The notes beneath the pieces are model-generated. The model did no database searches and was not told where the DNA came from. It saw nothing but the letters and a program-made list of their open reading frames with translations. 64,000 nucleotides of DNA from Squalus acanthias (lineage: Eukaryota). The translations under genes were made by a program, and so were the position numbers. This document shows, one piece after another, positions 25,060 to 38,600 of this stretch. How positions within the stretch are numbered: position 1 is the stretch's first letter; the number at the start of each line of letters is the position of its first letter. The DNA lies in the NCBI GenBank assembly GCA_030390025.1, contig CM059447.1, positions 27,590,001 through 27,654,000 on the forward strand. The letters are read 5' to 3'.

Positions 25060-25133
25060 GTATTCAATTGCTGTAAAGTGCTTTGGGACGTCCTGAGGTT
25101 GTCAAAGGCGCTACATAAATCCAAGTTCTTTCT
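25060..25133 (+). mobile_element. SacSINE1-like SINE tail fragment
   Basis: gctgtaaagtgctttgggacgtcctgaggttgtcaaaggcgctacataaatccaagttctttcttt matches 40873-40940. Confidence 0.8.
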
Positions 25134-25778
25134 TTAAAAGCACTACGTTAGTGCAAGTTGCTGTTGTTGTTCAGTCTACTTTCATAGGTGGGCCCTGGCT
25201 CCCTACATCCTCAGCAGTGCTTTTACTCGATGTGATATCTAGATAAATTGTATAGTAAGCCCGAATTGAATGACTTGGCTCTTCCCCTGTGATAAATCAA
25301 ACAATCATTACTACAATGCACCAAAATTAAACTGGAATGTGATTTCTGTGACTGAAGCCATTTTTAAAAATCTCGTTATGTATCATGACTGAAGTAAAGA
25401 AGCTGATACCAAGATAAATCTTAGACAAAAATTCTTCATTTAGCTCACACCCCACCAATGCCACTCTTCATCCGGTCACCAGGAGAACAGAGAACTAGAT
25501 GCATTTCCAGAGAAAGAAGGGATTCAGAGATATGGTGAGAAGAAAGACAGGTGGGGTTCATCTAAAAAAAACTCTTCCATTCTTATGGCCCAACATGTCT
25601 CTCTCAGATTGCCCCTTCCCTGTGGGCAGGCACTAAGCAGAGACCAGAAATGTGACCATGACTGGAAATTTAACAGGGGGCAAAGAAAACAGGTCTCTCC
25701 ACTCCATGGTGCCATTGCTGTCCCACTGCAGAACAAGCTAGAAATGCTTGGCAACAATGCCCTTTTAAAACATAAGGT

Positions 25779-26166
25779 GCAACAGAGGAGGCTGAGGGGA
25801 GACCTTATTGAGGTGTATAAAATTATGAGGGGCCTAGATAGAGTGGACAGAAAGGACCTATTTCCTTTAGCAGAGGGGTCAACAACCAGGGGGCATAGAT
25901 TTAAAGTAATTGGTAGGAGATTTAGAGGGGATTTGAGGGGAAATTTCTTCACCCAGAGGTGATTGGGGTCTGGAAATCACTGCCTGAAAGGGTGGTAGAG
26001 GCAGAAACCCTCACCACTTTTACAAAGTGCTTGGATGTGCACTTGAAGTGCCGTAACCTACAGGGCTACGGACCAAGAGCTGGAAAGTGGATAGCTCTTT
26101 GTCGGCCGGCGCGGACACGATGGGCCAAAATGGCCTCTTTCCGTGCTGTAAATTTCTATGATTCTA
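25779..26166 (+). mobile_element. CR1 LINE 3' fragment, close to the full-length copy
   Basis: QRRLRGDLIEVYKIMRGLDRVDRKDLFPLAEGSTTRGHRFKV is nearly identical to the ORF2 end at 54080-54398. The tail is gtgctgtaaatttctatgattcta. Confidence 0.93.
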
Positions 26167-27347
26167 GGAAATCATTCCAGCATTACTTAACGTCAGTTAA
26201 ACGCCTTACCTGATATTCCATTCCAATTACATAAAGCAACATATAACTGCCAATATTCAGAAAACAACATTTCCATTTTTACCTACCAGATATCCAGTTC
26301 AATAAAGGGAACCACACAATATGCTTCTCATTATTTGAATTACGCCTTACATCACATGAACCTGAACTCCATTGTCAACTTTAATGCTGTCAGCCCATAA
26401 TTAAATTGATAATTCTGTGTTGGGAATATTTGCTAAATTATTTAAACCTAGTTCTGTGCATATACTTTTGAGAAACAAAAAAAAAATTGAACAATTCCCC
26501 AATACAGCTATAATTAGGACTGGATCAATATGATGTTGGACAACCTGGTAGCATGTTGTCATTTTCTGTCTAGCACTTTTCAGTGTTCACTTCTCCATTC
26601 ATTCTAACAGTTACTTGTAGGAGTGTAATATATTAATGTACTAGTTCATTGAATAATGACTAGATTACGGATATACTGTCAGCAGACCATTAAATAAAGG
26701 GGTCAGCAATAAACTATACAAGTATAGCAACCTGGTACAGCACTTGCCTCCCAGCCAAAGGTCAGAGATTTAAGTCCCAAAGCTATCTATCACTTGAGTC
26801 CATCTGCTTCAGTAAGATGAGTTACTTCAGCTCTCAGCAGACCTGCTAAGTGAAGTATTGCACCCAGTGACAGGACTGTTTGAGAACAAGAGGGACAAAA
26901 TAATCTAGCCAACTATATATTTGTAGAACTATTCATGTTTTTATGGCAAAGAAAGTAGTACTAAGGGAATCTGGAATGTGTCTCCTGGAGGAAATGTAAA
27001 AATTAAATATAAATCAGGATGCCTTTTCTGTAGATAATTTTGTTACAGTCATAACATTTGTGGTTTTATTCTACAGGAGAATATCATTGGGGTCTATAAA
27101 GGGACGAGGTTAATCGAGGGAACCATCCCTTGTTTGTACATTTATTTCAAGAGTTAAGGATATTTTTTAAAATGCATTGACGTTGTCTTACCTGATCTGC
27201 ATAAACTGATCCTTTCTCTGCCTGAGATCATGGAGTAACAATGATGATAATAGCTATGCTGGAAAGGCTTGTGTGGCAGCAGAGGCTGCAGAGAGAATTT
27301 GGATTATAACATTGTACAAATAGTCTGTAGAATAAGAATTCTAAGTA

Positions 27348-27778
27348 AGGGGGTCTGACTGGTGCAGTGGGTTTGCAAATTGTCCTGATTGCCTCTGGAG
27401 TTTGAATCAACTACAACTTGCAATTATTTAGCACCTTTAACATAGAAAAACGTCCCATAGAGCATCATAGAATGCAGGCCGGAATTATAGGGTCAAAGTC
27501 TCCTCTCTGCTGAGATTCACATCTTACCTGACCACTATTTAACACTCAAAGAGATGATAAAAATGACTAGCGTGAGAAATAGAAATAACATGCCATTCAG
27601 TTGATGTACTTTTATGAAGTTAGGGTTAAGGCACATATTTGGAATTAAGTAGAGGGAGCTTTACACTGGATCTGGCCCATGCTTTTCTTGACCCAGGAGT
27701 ACTCAATGTCAATACTGGGTGCCAAAGGGTGTTTTCTTCCCCAGCACTGACATCGCTCGCCTCCTAAGTGAATGAAAA
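27348..27778 (+). mobile_element. Possible degenerate LF-SINE-like element containing a short antisense L2 tail (about 27410-27470)
   Basis: tRNA-like start; agggttaaggcacat...gagggagctttacactg...gcccatgct resembles the remembered LF-SINE 3' half. The inserted acaacttgcaattatttagcacctttaacatagaaaaacgtccc matches the L2 tail at 61712. Confidence 0.4.
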
Positions 27779-29794
27779 GAGCTTGTTATACGAATCTTGA
27801 CATGTTACTTACAGTTCTGATGACTGTAATGGTCAGAGCCAAGCAAATAGCAATCTGGCTTCCTGAAAGATCTATACAATCACTTCAGAGATATTTGCCT
27901 TTTCTCTTTGGCTGCAAAGTATTTTTCAACACTGCGCGTATTACAGATTTATTGCAGCGTATTTATCAACATTCGAAATATTACAGATTTATTGGCAAAC
28001 ATAGAGTTTGTTTACTTTTACTGCAGAGATATATAAAAATAGGTTACTCTCTTTAACAAAACTGGCAAGTTTCGACCTAAAGAATAACATTCTTCTGCCC
28101 TGTGTTGCATCTCTGGCAAAGAGCCCTGACTGAATATTTTAGTTGAAAATTTGTTCTGGTTTGCCCACCTGAAAATAACCACATACAAGCCTTTGACAAA
28201 ATTGATTGATCGCACAGTTTCGCTCTCTTGTTGACAACAATAGGCTTATTTAAACCAAACAGTGAAGTCATTCCACTTAATTCCAGTAGATCAGGAGAGT
28301 TTGGACTCTGTAGCTGAAATGCAAGGTTGCCAAAGCAAAATTATTACAATGCCTCTCTCTTTTCCTAGTTATGTAAGAGAGCTCAAATTTACGCAAGCAG
28401 ATTTCAGCCATGCAGAGAACAGCATCACGTCAGGTCTGAGCTTCGCTCCATTTAAACTGAAACAGTGATTTGGGGAATTCAGACAGCGTGACCATCATAA
28501 TGGTGACACAACATTGCCACTCTTATTTCTTGCTATTGACTGGATATTCTACTATAAATACTCTGAGAATACTCCAGTCCCTGTTATATGTTCTGGGTTA
28601 ACCATTAGTGTTAAATAGCACCTTTTGACTTCGTGGGCATTTGTGGAGGTTAATTGTGTGATAGCAAGATTGAAATGCATGTACATTCTTCAACTGTTCA
28701 ATTATCAAAGTCAATGAAACGCCATTATCCTGGTTTCCTGCACTGCTTTTATACTTCATGATAATTTATCCCAGTCTTTGGAAAGAAATTTGACTTCTCC
28801 TTTTTACTGAAGGCGACAAGAGCAGATTCGAGGCTTGGTTGAGTGAGCTCCACCATGGATTAAGAGTCTGCCAACGGGGATCATGCAGCAATCACTCTCA
28901 ACCCATTAGTAAGCACCACACACCAGAAGAGTGGAGGAAAGAGCTTCTTGTTATCATACCTAGAAATGTTTATTGGTTTTCAAATTATTAGTTTTCAGCC
29001 ATGTAAAAATATGAACACAAATTATTAATTAAAAATTCTAAAGGAGGTATCTTGGAACGTTTTCATGTAATAATAAACTCTTGAAATATTTAACTGCTTC
29101 TTTAACACAAAAGGCAATGGGCAGACGATAAATTCAGTCACAAGGAGCTCTAGAGAAATGCTAATGTATATTTGATATTCTTCTCATTTCATTTAAAAGC
29201 AAAATGTTTGCTTTATTCTTTTTTCATCTACTTGTTCTATAAACCTACACTTTGAAAGGGTACTAAAGCTTTTTGATTCATAATATCAAGTAGCAATTGT
29301 ATTTGAAATACCAAATCAATTTCAGTTTTCCAAGTTATTTCTCTAATCTGCTGTAGGTTTGATCATTTTCTTTTCATAAACTTTCCTGTAGATAACAAGA
29401 GACTATAATTGTACGTGACTGCAACACTTTCTTTGAAACCCAAGATTTCATAATCTGCATTAATATGTAGGCTGAGAGATTCATTCTGATTTGAGTTGCT
29501 GTATTAAGGCCCAAGTCAGTTATAATATTTTCTCAAAGTTTGTTCTCAAACTAGAAATGTTGACATTTCTCATTTTCCTTTGTACTCATCTCATCCCTTT
29601 TTAAGGATGATTTTTCAGTAGTCAAAATGTCAAAACTCTCTTGAAATAACAGTAAAACTTATTAATTAAAACATCCCATGGCTAGAAAAAAATATTCTTT
29701 TTATCCAATTAATCCAACTAAAGAGACACCGTACAACACATAAGATATCTGTAGCTAACCTTCCCTTTCCTCTTCAATGTCCTTGAACGTATTG

Positions 29795-30498
29795 TCGCCT
29801 CCGATATCGCTAACATCTCTCCTGGAACTCCATTCTTTGACATGGTCAATCATAACATCCTTCTCCACTGCCTCTCCTCCATTGTCCAGCTTGATGATAC
29901 TGCTTTCACTTGGTTGCAACTCTTTCCTATTCAATCATAGCCACCTTCGCAGAGTAACCTCAGGAGTCCATCAAGGATTCATCCTTGACCTGCCTTTTCC
30001 TAAGTTTCATGCTGATCCTGGAGCAGCCGCTCCGAAAGCTTGTGATTTCAAATAAAACTGTTGGACTATAACCTGGTGTTGTGCGACTTCTCACTTCAAT
30101 CTTTGATGATCTACGTTGGCTCCCAGTCCTTTAGTATCTCAAATTTAAGTCCTCATCCTCATGTTGAAGTCCCACCATGGCCTCGCCCTCCCCGTCTCTG
30201 TAGCCTCCTCCAGCCCTACAAACCCCTCCCCCAAACTCTGCTGCTCATGCATCCTCCATCCCTCGCATTAGCTGCCTATGCCCCATTCTTCGGAATACCC
30301 AGCCTAAACCTCTCTATCACTTCACCTCAATTTTCTTCTCTATGGCCATCCTTAAATCCAAGCTATTTGCCCAAGCTTTTGGCCACCCACCTAATCTCTG
30401 CTTCTTTGGTTCAGTGTCTGTTTTTCCTTATGACCCTGTGAAGCACCTTGGGATGTTTTTCTTGTTAAAGATGCGATACAAATGCATGGTGTTGTTGT
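29795..30498 (+). mobile_element. Degenerate, internally deleted L2 LINE, interrupted by a Penelope-type fragment
   Basis: RT remnants (tttgacatggtcaatcataacatccttctc; GVHQGFIL), a 3' part matching 17490-17946, and the tail gtgaagcaccttgggatgttttt...gttgttgt. Confidence 0.75.
30012..30095 (+). mobile_element. Penelope-type terminal repeat fragment with a partial hammerhead motif (second family)
   Basis: ctgat..GGAGC-agcc-GCTCC-GAAAGCTT followed by aataaa and ctgttggactataacctggtgttgtg. The sequence is foreign to the surrounding L2. Confidence 0.6.
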
Positions 30499-30627
30499 AA
30501 AGAAATCTTCTTATTCTTATTTTGGAATTGTTCCAACACTCCCCTCCTTGTCCTACATCTTGGACACATCCAAGTTTATCTCCAGATTGAGGCTGACCAT
30601 AATAGAAAATGCACCACGTGCCCTCTC

Positions 30628-30875
30628 CAGGGGTCAGTGGGTAAATATACTACCAGTGGAGTGCTCAGTCGTACATGCCAGGAAGGTCCCAGGTTGAAAT
30701 TGTGTTCTCTGTGTTGAACAAACTGATTTTAGCCAGGATGGTGGTGATGGGGCATTACAATTAGCGTGCGTGCTGATACTGGGTGTGAAAAGGATCAGAC
30801 TCGGTTGTAATGGTTCCTACACCTGCTGTCACACAATATATAGGCTTACACATGAAGAATAATCACTTGAACAGG
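30628..30875 (+). mobile_element. Degenerate tRNA-derived SINE (family B)
   Basis: ggtcagtgggtaaat...ccaggaaggtcccaggttgaaa head and taggcttacacatgaagaataatcacttg 3' part (reverse complement present at 39820-39855). Confidence 0.65.
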
Positions 30876-32131
30876 ATTATTAGCTGCCACTAACTATTAA
30901 ATGTTTCTCAATATAAGTCATTGAAGCTTATATCGAAATATCATAGCTTCACATATACATACCTTGAATGTGTATAAGTAGTGTTGTAATTGGCAGTATT
31001 CGGAGGAAAGGCGAGTCTGGCACCGTGTCTGAAATAAGATTTTGGATGTCGAGATGTTTAGAAATAGTTCTTTAAGCAAAACAGCATAGAGTGTATGAGA
31101 TTCTGTATGATCATGAGTGGGTCACTATCAGAAAGCGGTTGAAAAAGGAAATGAATAATGGGACATTTGTTTTACACATCGACGTTCCTATTTTCTTAGG
31201 CTAGGTATCAAATCAAATAAATGAATACAGAGTGGTTAAAATGAAAAGAGGTCAACGGGGTCAAACAGATACAATTTCAAATTACCCCCTGGGTGCTAAT
31301 TTGAGGAATCGTTTAGGACACATTAAAAGCAGAGTGCTGAAGTGAGCATCAATAAACATCGGCCGCATGTTCCAAATGGTTTAGTAATTGCTCTTTACAG
31401 TCACCGTATCATGCTTTAAAAGTTGGTCTGTCAGATCAGTGCACTCATAAGTCATGACTTCAGAGTTTTTCTATGATATATTGATTCAAATTAACAATAG
31501 TTAAATATAATATTTTTGATGTGGTTTTCTGTTCCTAGTGAATGCTGAGAATCAACCCACAAAAGAAGAAAAAAAGATTTATAGCAATGCAGCAGTTCGT
31601 TCTGTCGAATAGCTGTCCTGTATGTAATTTATTAGTCTGACCTGCTGGTGTGCTGTATATAAAGTCCACAAAACCTGCCAAGAGTAATGTTACCCAGCAG
31701 GGTGGACAATTCCATTTTGGAGAGGTCCATTACAGTAAGAGAGAGTCCACGAGCATTCTGAATTATGACAGCTATCACCGAGTTCCCTAAATCCAATGTT
31801 GTGTTGAGTCTATCTATGTAAATACATTTGTAGGAACAACTCATTGTGTTTCCTTGTGCTCCAATTGATGTAAAACAGCGGGCAGGTAATTGGAACATTT
31901 TGCCTTTTAAGCTAATAAAACGTCATCTAGTGTCCGACCCGATTCCAATCTTTCGAGGGCAATTATATGGAGTTCCAGATTTGGACTAAGGACCCGTATG
32001 AGCCCTTCTTTGTACTGCTAGACATCACCAAGTGCCACTCAATTTCAATTTACATTCAGGAGTATTGATCATCACAAATACACTATTATATTTAAGCCTT
32101 ACACACCTTCGTCACGTCGAGCCCACACACT

Positions 32132-32420
32132 GGCAGCCTAGTGGTTATGATACTGAACTAGCACCTTAGAGGTCACAAGTTCGAATCCCACCATAGCCAG
32201 TTATGAAATTAAATTCAGTAAATCACGGGAATGGCCATCAAAGCTGCTGGCTTGTCATTAAAAGCTAATTGGTTCTAAACTTCTTTGGGGAAAGGAACCT
32301 GCCACCCCTACCTGGTTTGGCCTGGACATGTTTGACTCTTAAATGCCCTCAGGGCAAATAAGGATGGGCAATAAATACTGCCTTGCCAGTGCTGCCCGCA
32401 TCTCACAAGCAAATAAAGAA
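32132..32420 (+). mobile_element. tRNA-derived SINE (third family, C)
   Basis: A-box-like gcctagtgg, B-box agttcgaatcc, and a body ending ggatgggcaataaatactgccttgccagtg...aataaagaaa. Confidence 0.65.
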
Positions 32421-32519
32421 AGCACTACATTATTTATGAACCGAAACAATCGTTTTCTGAACTATCCCAGAAAAGCTAACCATATTTCACATAGAAAACG
32501 ACAGTCAGAGTTTGTGAAA

Positions 32520-32722
32520 CAATCTACTGACAGCGTGGTTGAGGCAGAGACCATTGCATTTGTTAAGGGAGAAATTGGATACATATTTGAAGCAGAGGAA
32601 GATACAGAGCTGTGGGAAGAGAGCAGGGAAGTGGGATTAGTTTGGGATTGCTCTAGCAAAGAGCCAGCACAGACACGGTGGACCAAATGGCCTCCTGTTG
32701 TACTGTAAACTTCTAATGATTA
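32520..32722 (+). mobile_element. CR1 LINE 3' terminal fragment
   Basis: gtggttgaggcagagacc (VVEAET) and the 3' UTR aaagagccagcacagacac...aaatggcctcctgttgtactgtaaa. Confidence 0.8.
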
Positions 32723-33756
32723 AAAGGTGGCATGGATAGAGTTGGAGGTGGGTTATCTGCCTGTCCTCATAAGTTGGGAATGGCATGTGATCATTTCAAA
32801 ATGGCAGATTAACAATAAGAAAAGATGTTTCACAGTAAGTAATTTTGTCCATCAGATAAAAGGTGCAACAGTTCCCAAATATTATGTTGTTTTTATTCAT
32901 TTTTATTCATAGACTTGGATGCTCACAGACTGTTGTCACTGAATGCTTAAAGTTCTGTTTATCACAATAAACCTTGGTCTCAGGTTCACGACATCACCAG
33001 TAGGAAATAACCCAAATCGTTTACGATACCCTGAAGCATCTAATGTGTGTGGCACAAGCTATTCAAGCGCTGAAAATCTGGAACAGGTATCTTCATTCAT
33101 TCCGCTTTGATCTGCCTTCCCTTTACTTAACCTCAGACTGACCTTTAGAATGTTAGGTCGCACAGGGGTTACGAACATGAGCAGGACAAAATGTCCTGCT
33201 AACAGGAAATAAACCTCTGCCTGTCGACAGAATCAGAGGGAATATTCCAGTGGAATTATGAAGGAGTCTAACGTATATCACACAAGTTGAAGTGTTTCGC
33301 TGTACTTGTCAAAAGTTCCTGCCTTTTTCCTGTGCGAAAGATTGTTGTAGCTTTAAGTATAGAAAAGTGCCTGTTGCTAAAATTCCCTCTGTACATTGTT
33401 ACCCCGTGGTCAATTTCCTTTGAAAGCAATCAGGAAATGTCTATCTAGCCACACCCAACAAGAAACAATTTGCAATACTCATCACCAGTCATGTGGTCTA
33501 TAAATTTACACTTCCTTCTGTATCACAACGAGCAAACAGCACCACAAGAGGATCAGTTTCATTCAAATACATTTTTGTTTTTCCATGTTAGGTGCACGAG
33601 GAGGGCATGAACATCTAGAAATAACTGAAGTGAACACGTCTCTTACAAATTGTTTTTTTTTGTAACATTTAAATAGTAGGGGGAATTGGAGCGGGCCCCC
33701 CACCCCCGAATGAGCAATCTACTTCTCCAAGTCTGCGTTTGTGGATATTGGGTGGG

Positions 33757-34892
33757 GTGGGGGCTAACTCTGGTTCAATGTATTCCTGAAGGTTTCATCG
33801 CATGACCTCCTGCCTCCAACTGCCCCGCCCCCACACACTCGCCATTGGTCGCCCAACACGTCCATCCTTGCGGTGCACCACCTACCCACGCTAATTATTA
33901 AGCGAGAAGGTTCTTCATTGCCCAATTGGATGATTCTTGGCAGTCAGCCCAACAGCCTATTTTCCCAGCTCCAATATGTTTATAATTAATAAACAGATGT
34001 GGTCAAAGAAAATGGAAAAAAAAAAATTTTTTTTTAATGCCCCTCTGATTTTTCTCCTGGGTTGCTCGCAGCAGTGTCCTGGAGATTGGGCCGGACTTTG
34101 CCGGGCCGATGACGGTGTAGGCACAGTGTACGCCATCATAAGCCTTGTAAAAGGCCCCCGCAAGTTCCAGGCTTCTGCATGCGCGAAAACCCGGAACTTG
34201 CGATCTGTCAAGGTTCGCCTCGACAGATTCTCCGAACCGAAATTACAATCACTTTCTCCGGTGCAGAGTTGTGCTATTTGCCCAACTGCTACCCAGCAAA
34301 TGTCCACGAAACCCTTACACCTGGTAAAATCAGGTGTAGGGCCTGCTTTTACCAGCGTAAGGGTTAATATAAATCTTAAATTAAAAAAAAATCATCCACA
34401 AACATTTAAAATTTGTTTATGTAATTTTTGGCCCGGATTAAACTATTTAAAATTATTTTTCAAACAATTACATTTTTATTGTAAATGCTTCATTAAAGGG
34501 ACTTTTAATTAAATGTGAAAATGGGAACATTTATTTTTATTAGAATTGAGTAAATTTTTGAATTATTTGGGGATTCCATTGCTTGTCATTAGGGGATTCT
34601 GTTCGGAAATGACAGCAATGGAATCCTCCTTTCTGATTGGAGGAGCTGGCCCACATGATCCCAGGGACGCTTCCGAACCGCCTGTGTCCCTGGGATCCGT
34701 GGGCCTTTACACAGGCGCACGCCTGCAGGCCCAGGACCCGAAGTCTCCGAAGCCCGGGAGCCAGTAGGTAGGTGCGGATTTTTTTCAGGGTCGGAGGTGT
34801 ACTCCGGAGGTACGCCTCCGACCGCAAATTCCAGCCCAATAACCGTGAATTCCTGGAGACTCCAGGCCAATCTCGGATGGTCAGTAACCCTA
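33757..34892. mobile_element. hAT-like non-autonomous element (TAGGGTTGCCAA-type termini, decayed), split by a MITE
   Basis: The right end cagtaacccta reads tagggttactg on the minus strand, and the left end is ggggctaactctgg. The subterminal tcctggaga motif occurs on both sides of the insert. Confidence 0.5.
34088..34837. mobile_element. GC-rich MITE with 14-bp imperfect TIRs
   Basis: Left end gggccggactttgc versus right end gcaaattccagccc (reverse complement gggctggaatttgc, 12/14). GC-rich arms flank an AT-rich centre. Confidence 0.75.
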
Positions 34893-35276
34893 GTGGTTGT
34901 GGGATTGGGATCACCTATAATGTCCCCCACAGTTCAAGAAACAGAATGAAGGTTGGGGGGGGGAGCGGATTTGGGGCTGGTGGTGGGCGGTAGGGTTAAT
35001 ACTTCAGGTGTGAACTTCATCAGGACACAGCTCTGCACCCGGAGTATTGGCCTGTTTTATCTCTTTTCAAGACTACTGGACATCACTGTGTGTTTCCAGA
35101 ATTTCCTGTTTTTGTTTAAAACCACACGCCTTTCACCACCTTAATTATTTTTATGTTATTTTATTCTTCTAATATCTTTTCATGGTTTGACTGAAATGAC
35201 CTTTTATGTCACTTAACAGGATCCAGCTTCCTTTCCACCCATACAAAGTGACTTGCTCACCTCTCCGTTGTGAAGA

Positions 35277-35555
35277 AAATTTAAGATAATTGGCAAAAAG
35301 AACCAAAGGGGACATGAGAAGAACTTTTTTACACAGCGAGTTATGATGATCTGGAATGCACTGTCTGAAAGGGTGGTGGAAGCAGATTCAATAGTAACTT
35401 TCAAAAGGGATAAATACTTGAAAAGGAAAATTTTGCAGGGCTATGGGGAAAGAGCAGGGATGTGGGATTAACTGGATAGCTCTTTCAAAGAGCCGGCACA
35501 GATACGATTGGCCAAATGGCTTCCTTCTGGGCTGTAAGATTGTATGATTCCATGA
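35277..35555 (+). mobile_element. CR1 LINE 3' terminal fragment
   Basis: Collinear with 6715-6990 (atttaagataattggcaaaa...ctgaaagggtggtggaagcagattca...gggctatggggaaagagcaggg). Confidence 0.9.
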
Positions 35556-35574
35556 AAAATATATAGCCAAGACT

Positions 35575-35660
35575 GTTCACTTTACAGATGCTACTGACCT
35601 GCAGTGCATTTCTGGCAGTTTTTGTTTTTATTTCAGATCTCGAACATTTGCTGTTTTGTT
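35575..35660 (+). repeat. Degenerate single-arm copy of the 3842-4052 Penelope-type repeat
   Basis: acagatgctactgacctgcagtgcatttctggcagtttttgtttttatttcagat resembles 4004-4052 plus the reverse complement of 3842-3870. Confidence 0.55.
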
Positions 35661-38600
35661 TTTCTTTTTATCAGGCTACTGATGTCAATCTTCATTTCTG
35701 CTTCATAAATACACCAAATGTCGGAAAGTCCCAGTATTTGCTGAGCTACTGAAATTTGGCAATAAATATTGAAAATTCTTTTGGCACCACAAAAGTAGCT
35801 AGCAAAAAAAAAACAGCTGCATATAAATGGTCTCATTTTCTGATTAAACTACTGACTAGATTTAATTAACCTGACAACGAAACTGATGTTAGACTTAATG
35901 TAAATATTAAAGATCTTTGAGTCTTGCAATTACTGCTTTACTTCTGGATCATTCCTGCGTTGAGCTGTGCCTTCAAATGGCTGGCATTACCTGTTGCCTA
36001 CCCTCTGATGCATTGCCCCCGCTCTCTAGGTTTACATTAAGACTGCTTTTGGTGTGTGACAAACTGCTTGAAAATACTAAGTTTTGGTCAGGCATAAGAA
36101 CACAGGCATTCTAAAATGGAGCCTTCTGCTGTACCAATAGAATTTGTTCACAAAAACAATCTGTGCTTCAGTTCTATTTACAGACACAGGGAATAATTTA
36201 TTATTTCTCATTTTAGGAGACAGACCCAATAAAGTGCACCATGCATGGAATAATGAACAGGTATTGCGGCCTACAAAAACCACTTAACATGCAACAACGC
36301 CACAAAGACTTTGTCAGCGAGTCAAAATTAAGCTAATGCTCAATATTGCTATTGTTACTGCAGCAAGATCAGCTAGCACTTGAAAATGAAAACAAGTGAA
36401 ATCCATACCATTTAAAAAAAAATTGTGTAGATGAGATTATGCAAATCCAGCAAGGCTGACAGACATCAACTCGGAGCCTGCAGTATGCTTCCAATGTGTT
36501 GCCTACCTCATTAACACATATTAAGGGGCCAGAATGGTATTTCCGTGATGTGATGTAGTCACTGATCCAAATTATACTTCAGCCTTCTGCCCAGAGCTTC
36601 TAAATGCTGCCTGCTAACATTAAAAATGTTGAAAACTCTGTTGTAAAATGTACCGGCCAGGAATGTCTTGAACGTGGTCTTGCGCCGGTCCCCAGTTATA
36701 CTGAAGCAGGCTACTTGTTGGTAATGGTCTCACACCTCTTGCATAATATGGTCAGCAGTCCGATTGCCAACCTGACGCCTAAGCTATGCTACCAATCTTT
36801 CATCAATGCACATCTGAAACCGCATCTCACTGGTGCAAAACTAGAAGTGCAACTGACCAATTAGGTGCATTAACATAGTTCACAAAGAGACGCACCCTGC
36901 CTCCATGATTTTACTAATGTGTAGGTATCACAGTCAGCATTTCGCTGGGGTTTTTTTTCCCTCCATGTTTTAATTTTGCCAGCTTTAAAACTTCATGAGT
37001 ACAAAATCCAAATTCCCAACCACCCCTCGCACCTCAGGCTATCGATAGACATTTCCAACAGACTCTCTCCCAAGGTTGCCAAGATCACAAAAGAAAACAT
37101 ACACACCAATAAACTGGTCAATCAACAAGGATCAAAAATAGAGTACAATTTTTTTTTAAGGATTAGAAGTACACTTAGCCATTGGATTATACGATTTAGA
37201 AGCTCTCCCTGCCTCAGCCCTCACAAAAAAACTACCAGGAAAAAATACAAATGTTAGACATTTGATATATATAAATTAACAATAAAACCTGTTTATACAG
37301 AGATATGAATTGGTTTATAGCGCTGCTTAAATATGCAGTATCTCTGTGTTCTGTGAAATTGTACATTTAAATGAAAAATTACCCTTATTACAGAGATACA
37401 CACTGAGCAGAACAAATTTGAATATAAGTGAATAGGAGGGATTCTTGGCTTTTGAAAAATGATGCACTTAAACAAAATAGACTGCACAGATTAATTCTGT
37501 AACTTCCAAAATACATTATAGTGTAAAATGAATTTCATTAAATGTCTGAAGCTAAATATTAGAATTAATTTTTAAAAAGTCTGCAAGCACTGAATGAATT
37601 TTAAAGTTTTAATAATCTATGAATAAATTAAAAACTGTAACCCAGTTACTTCTGGAACAGTAATCTTTCCACAGTTCCTAAAAGGATTAAAATACAATTT
37701 TGAGAACATGCTGACTGTTCAGTATTAGCATCCCGCACGCTTCCATTTATATAGTGGTTTAAAATTATTTTGCCTAGAAGCATAATATTTCTACAATGAT
37801 ACAATGGAGTATATGTCATTGCTCCCCCACCCCCATTTATTCAAAGGTCATTGTGTTCTTTTTTCAGAACTATGGTAAACTGCAAAGATGATAAATTTAC
37901 AGATAGACTTGGTTAACAAGGAGAAAGATGGTTTTCAGCGGGATAGATCCGCAGGGTTTACCAGCTTCATGCTGGGAATCTAAGACCTGCTGAATACTTA
38001 TCATTGAACTATAAGCTGCTTCCTACTTCAGTTAATCACACCGACACTGCTTGCTGAAGCTCTTGTTCTGAAAATTAATCCTATGAATTTAAGTTTGTTT
38101 TATACAGCCCAGCCACTAACATGTTGTCAATATTCCATAAACAGCTTTGTATAATATTAGTATTTATCTACACTGTGGACTTGCTTGAGCAAATGCTCGT
38201 CCTCAGGATTTCTCATTTATCTGTCTGAATTGACACCCGAAATGCTTCTGCTGATTTATGGCAAGATTTATCAAGAACCAACATGCAAACCTTCATGACG
38301 TTTCGGCTGGATGTGATAAATGCAGGTGATGGTAAAATGATGTTTGTAAAAGTATCTGTAGGGCCTATTCACAAGACTGGGTGGGTGGTAACTATTGCAG
38401 CCTGGGGCAGTGTCAACAGGCAATGGATGCAAAGCGTTGCTAAAATGTACGCCAATAAATCATTCATCACTCAAGTTTTGTAACCTATTCGCTTACCATT
38501 TACTAACACCTCGTGTTTGTGATGTTACTGATCTGATTCATATCTGTTGATACGTTTTAAATGTTCCACAGTAATGTTTTTCCAGGTCTTCTATATAGAG

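Noticed and set aside
27075-27110. Micro-exon candidate after ttttattctacag (ENIIGVYKGTR)
   Set aside because: The donor (gttaat) is weak and the peptide is not recognised.
33937-34930. 191-aa and neighbouring ORFs
   Set aside because: They span the junction of nested DNA-transposon remnants and show no protein motifs.
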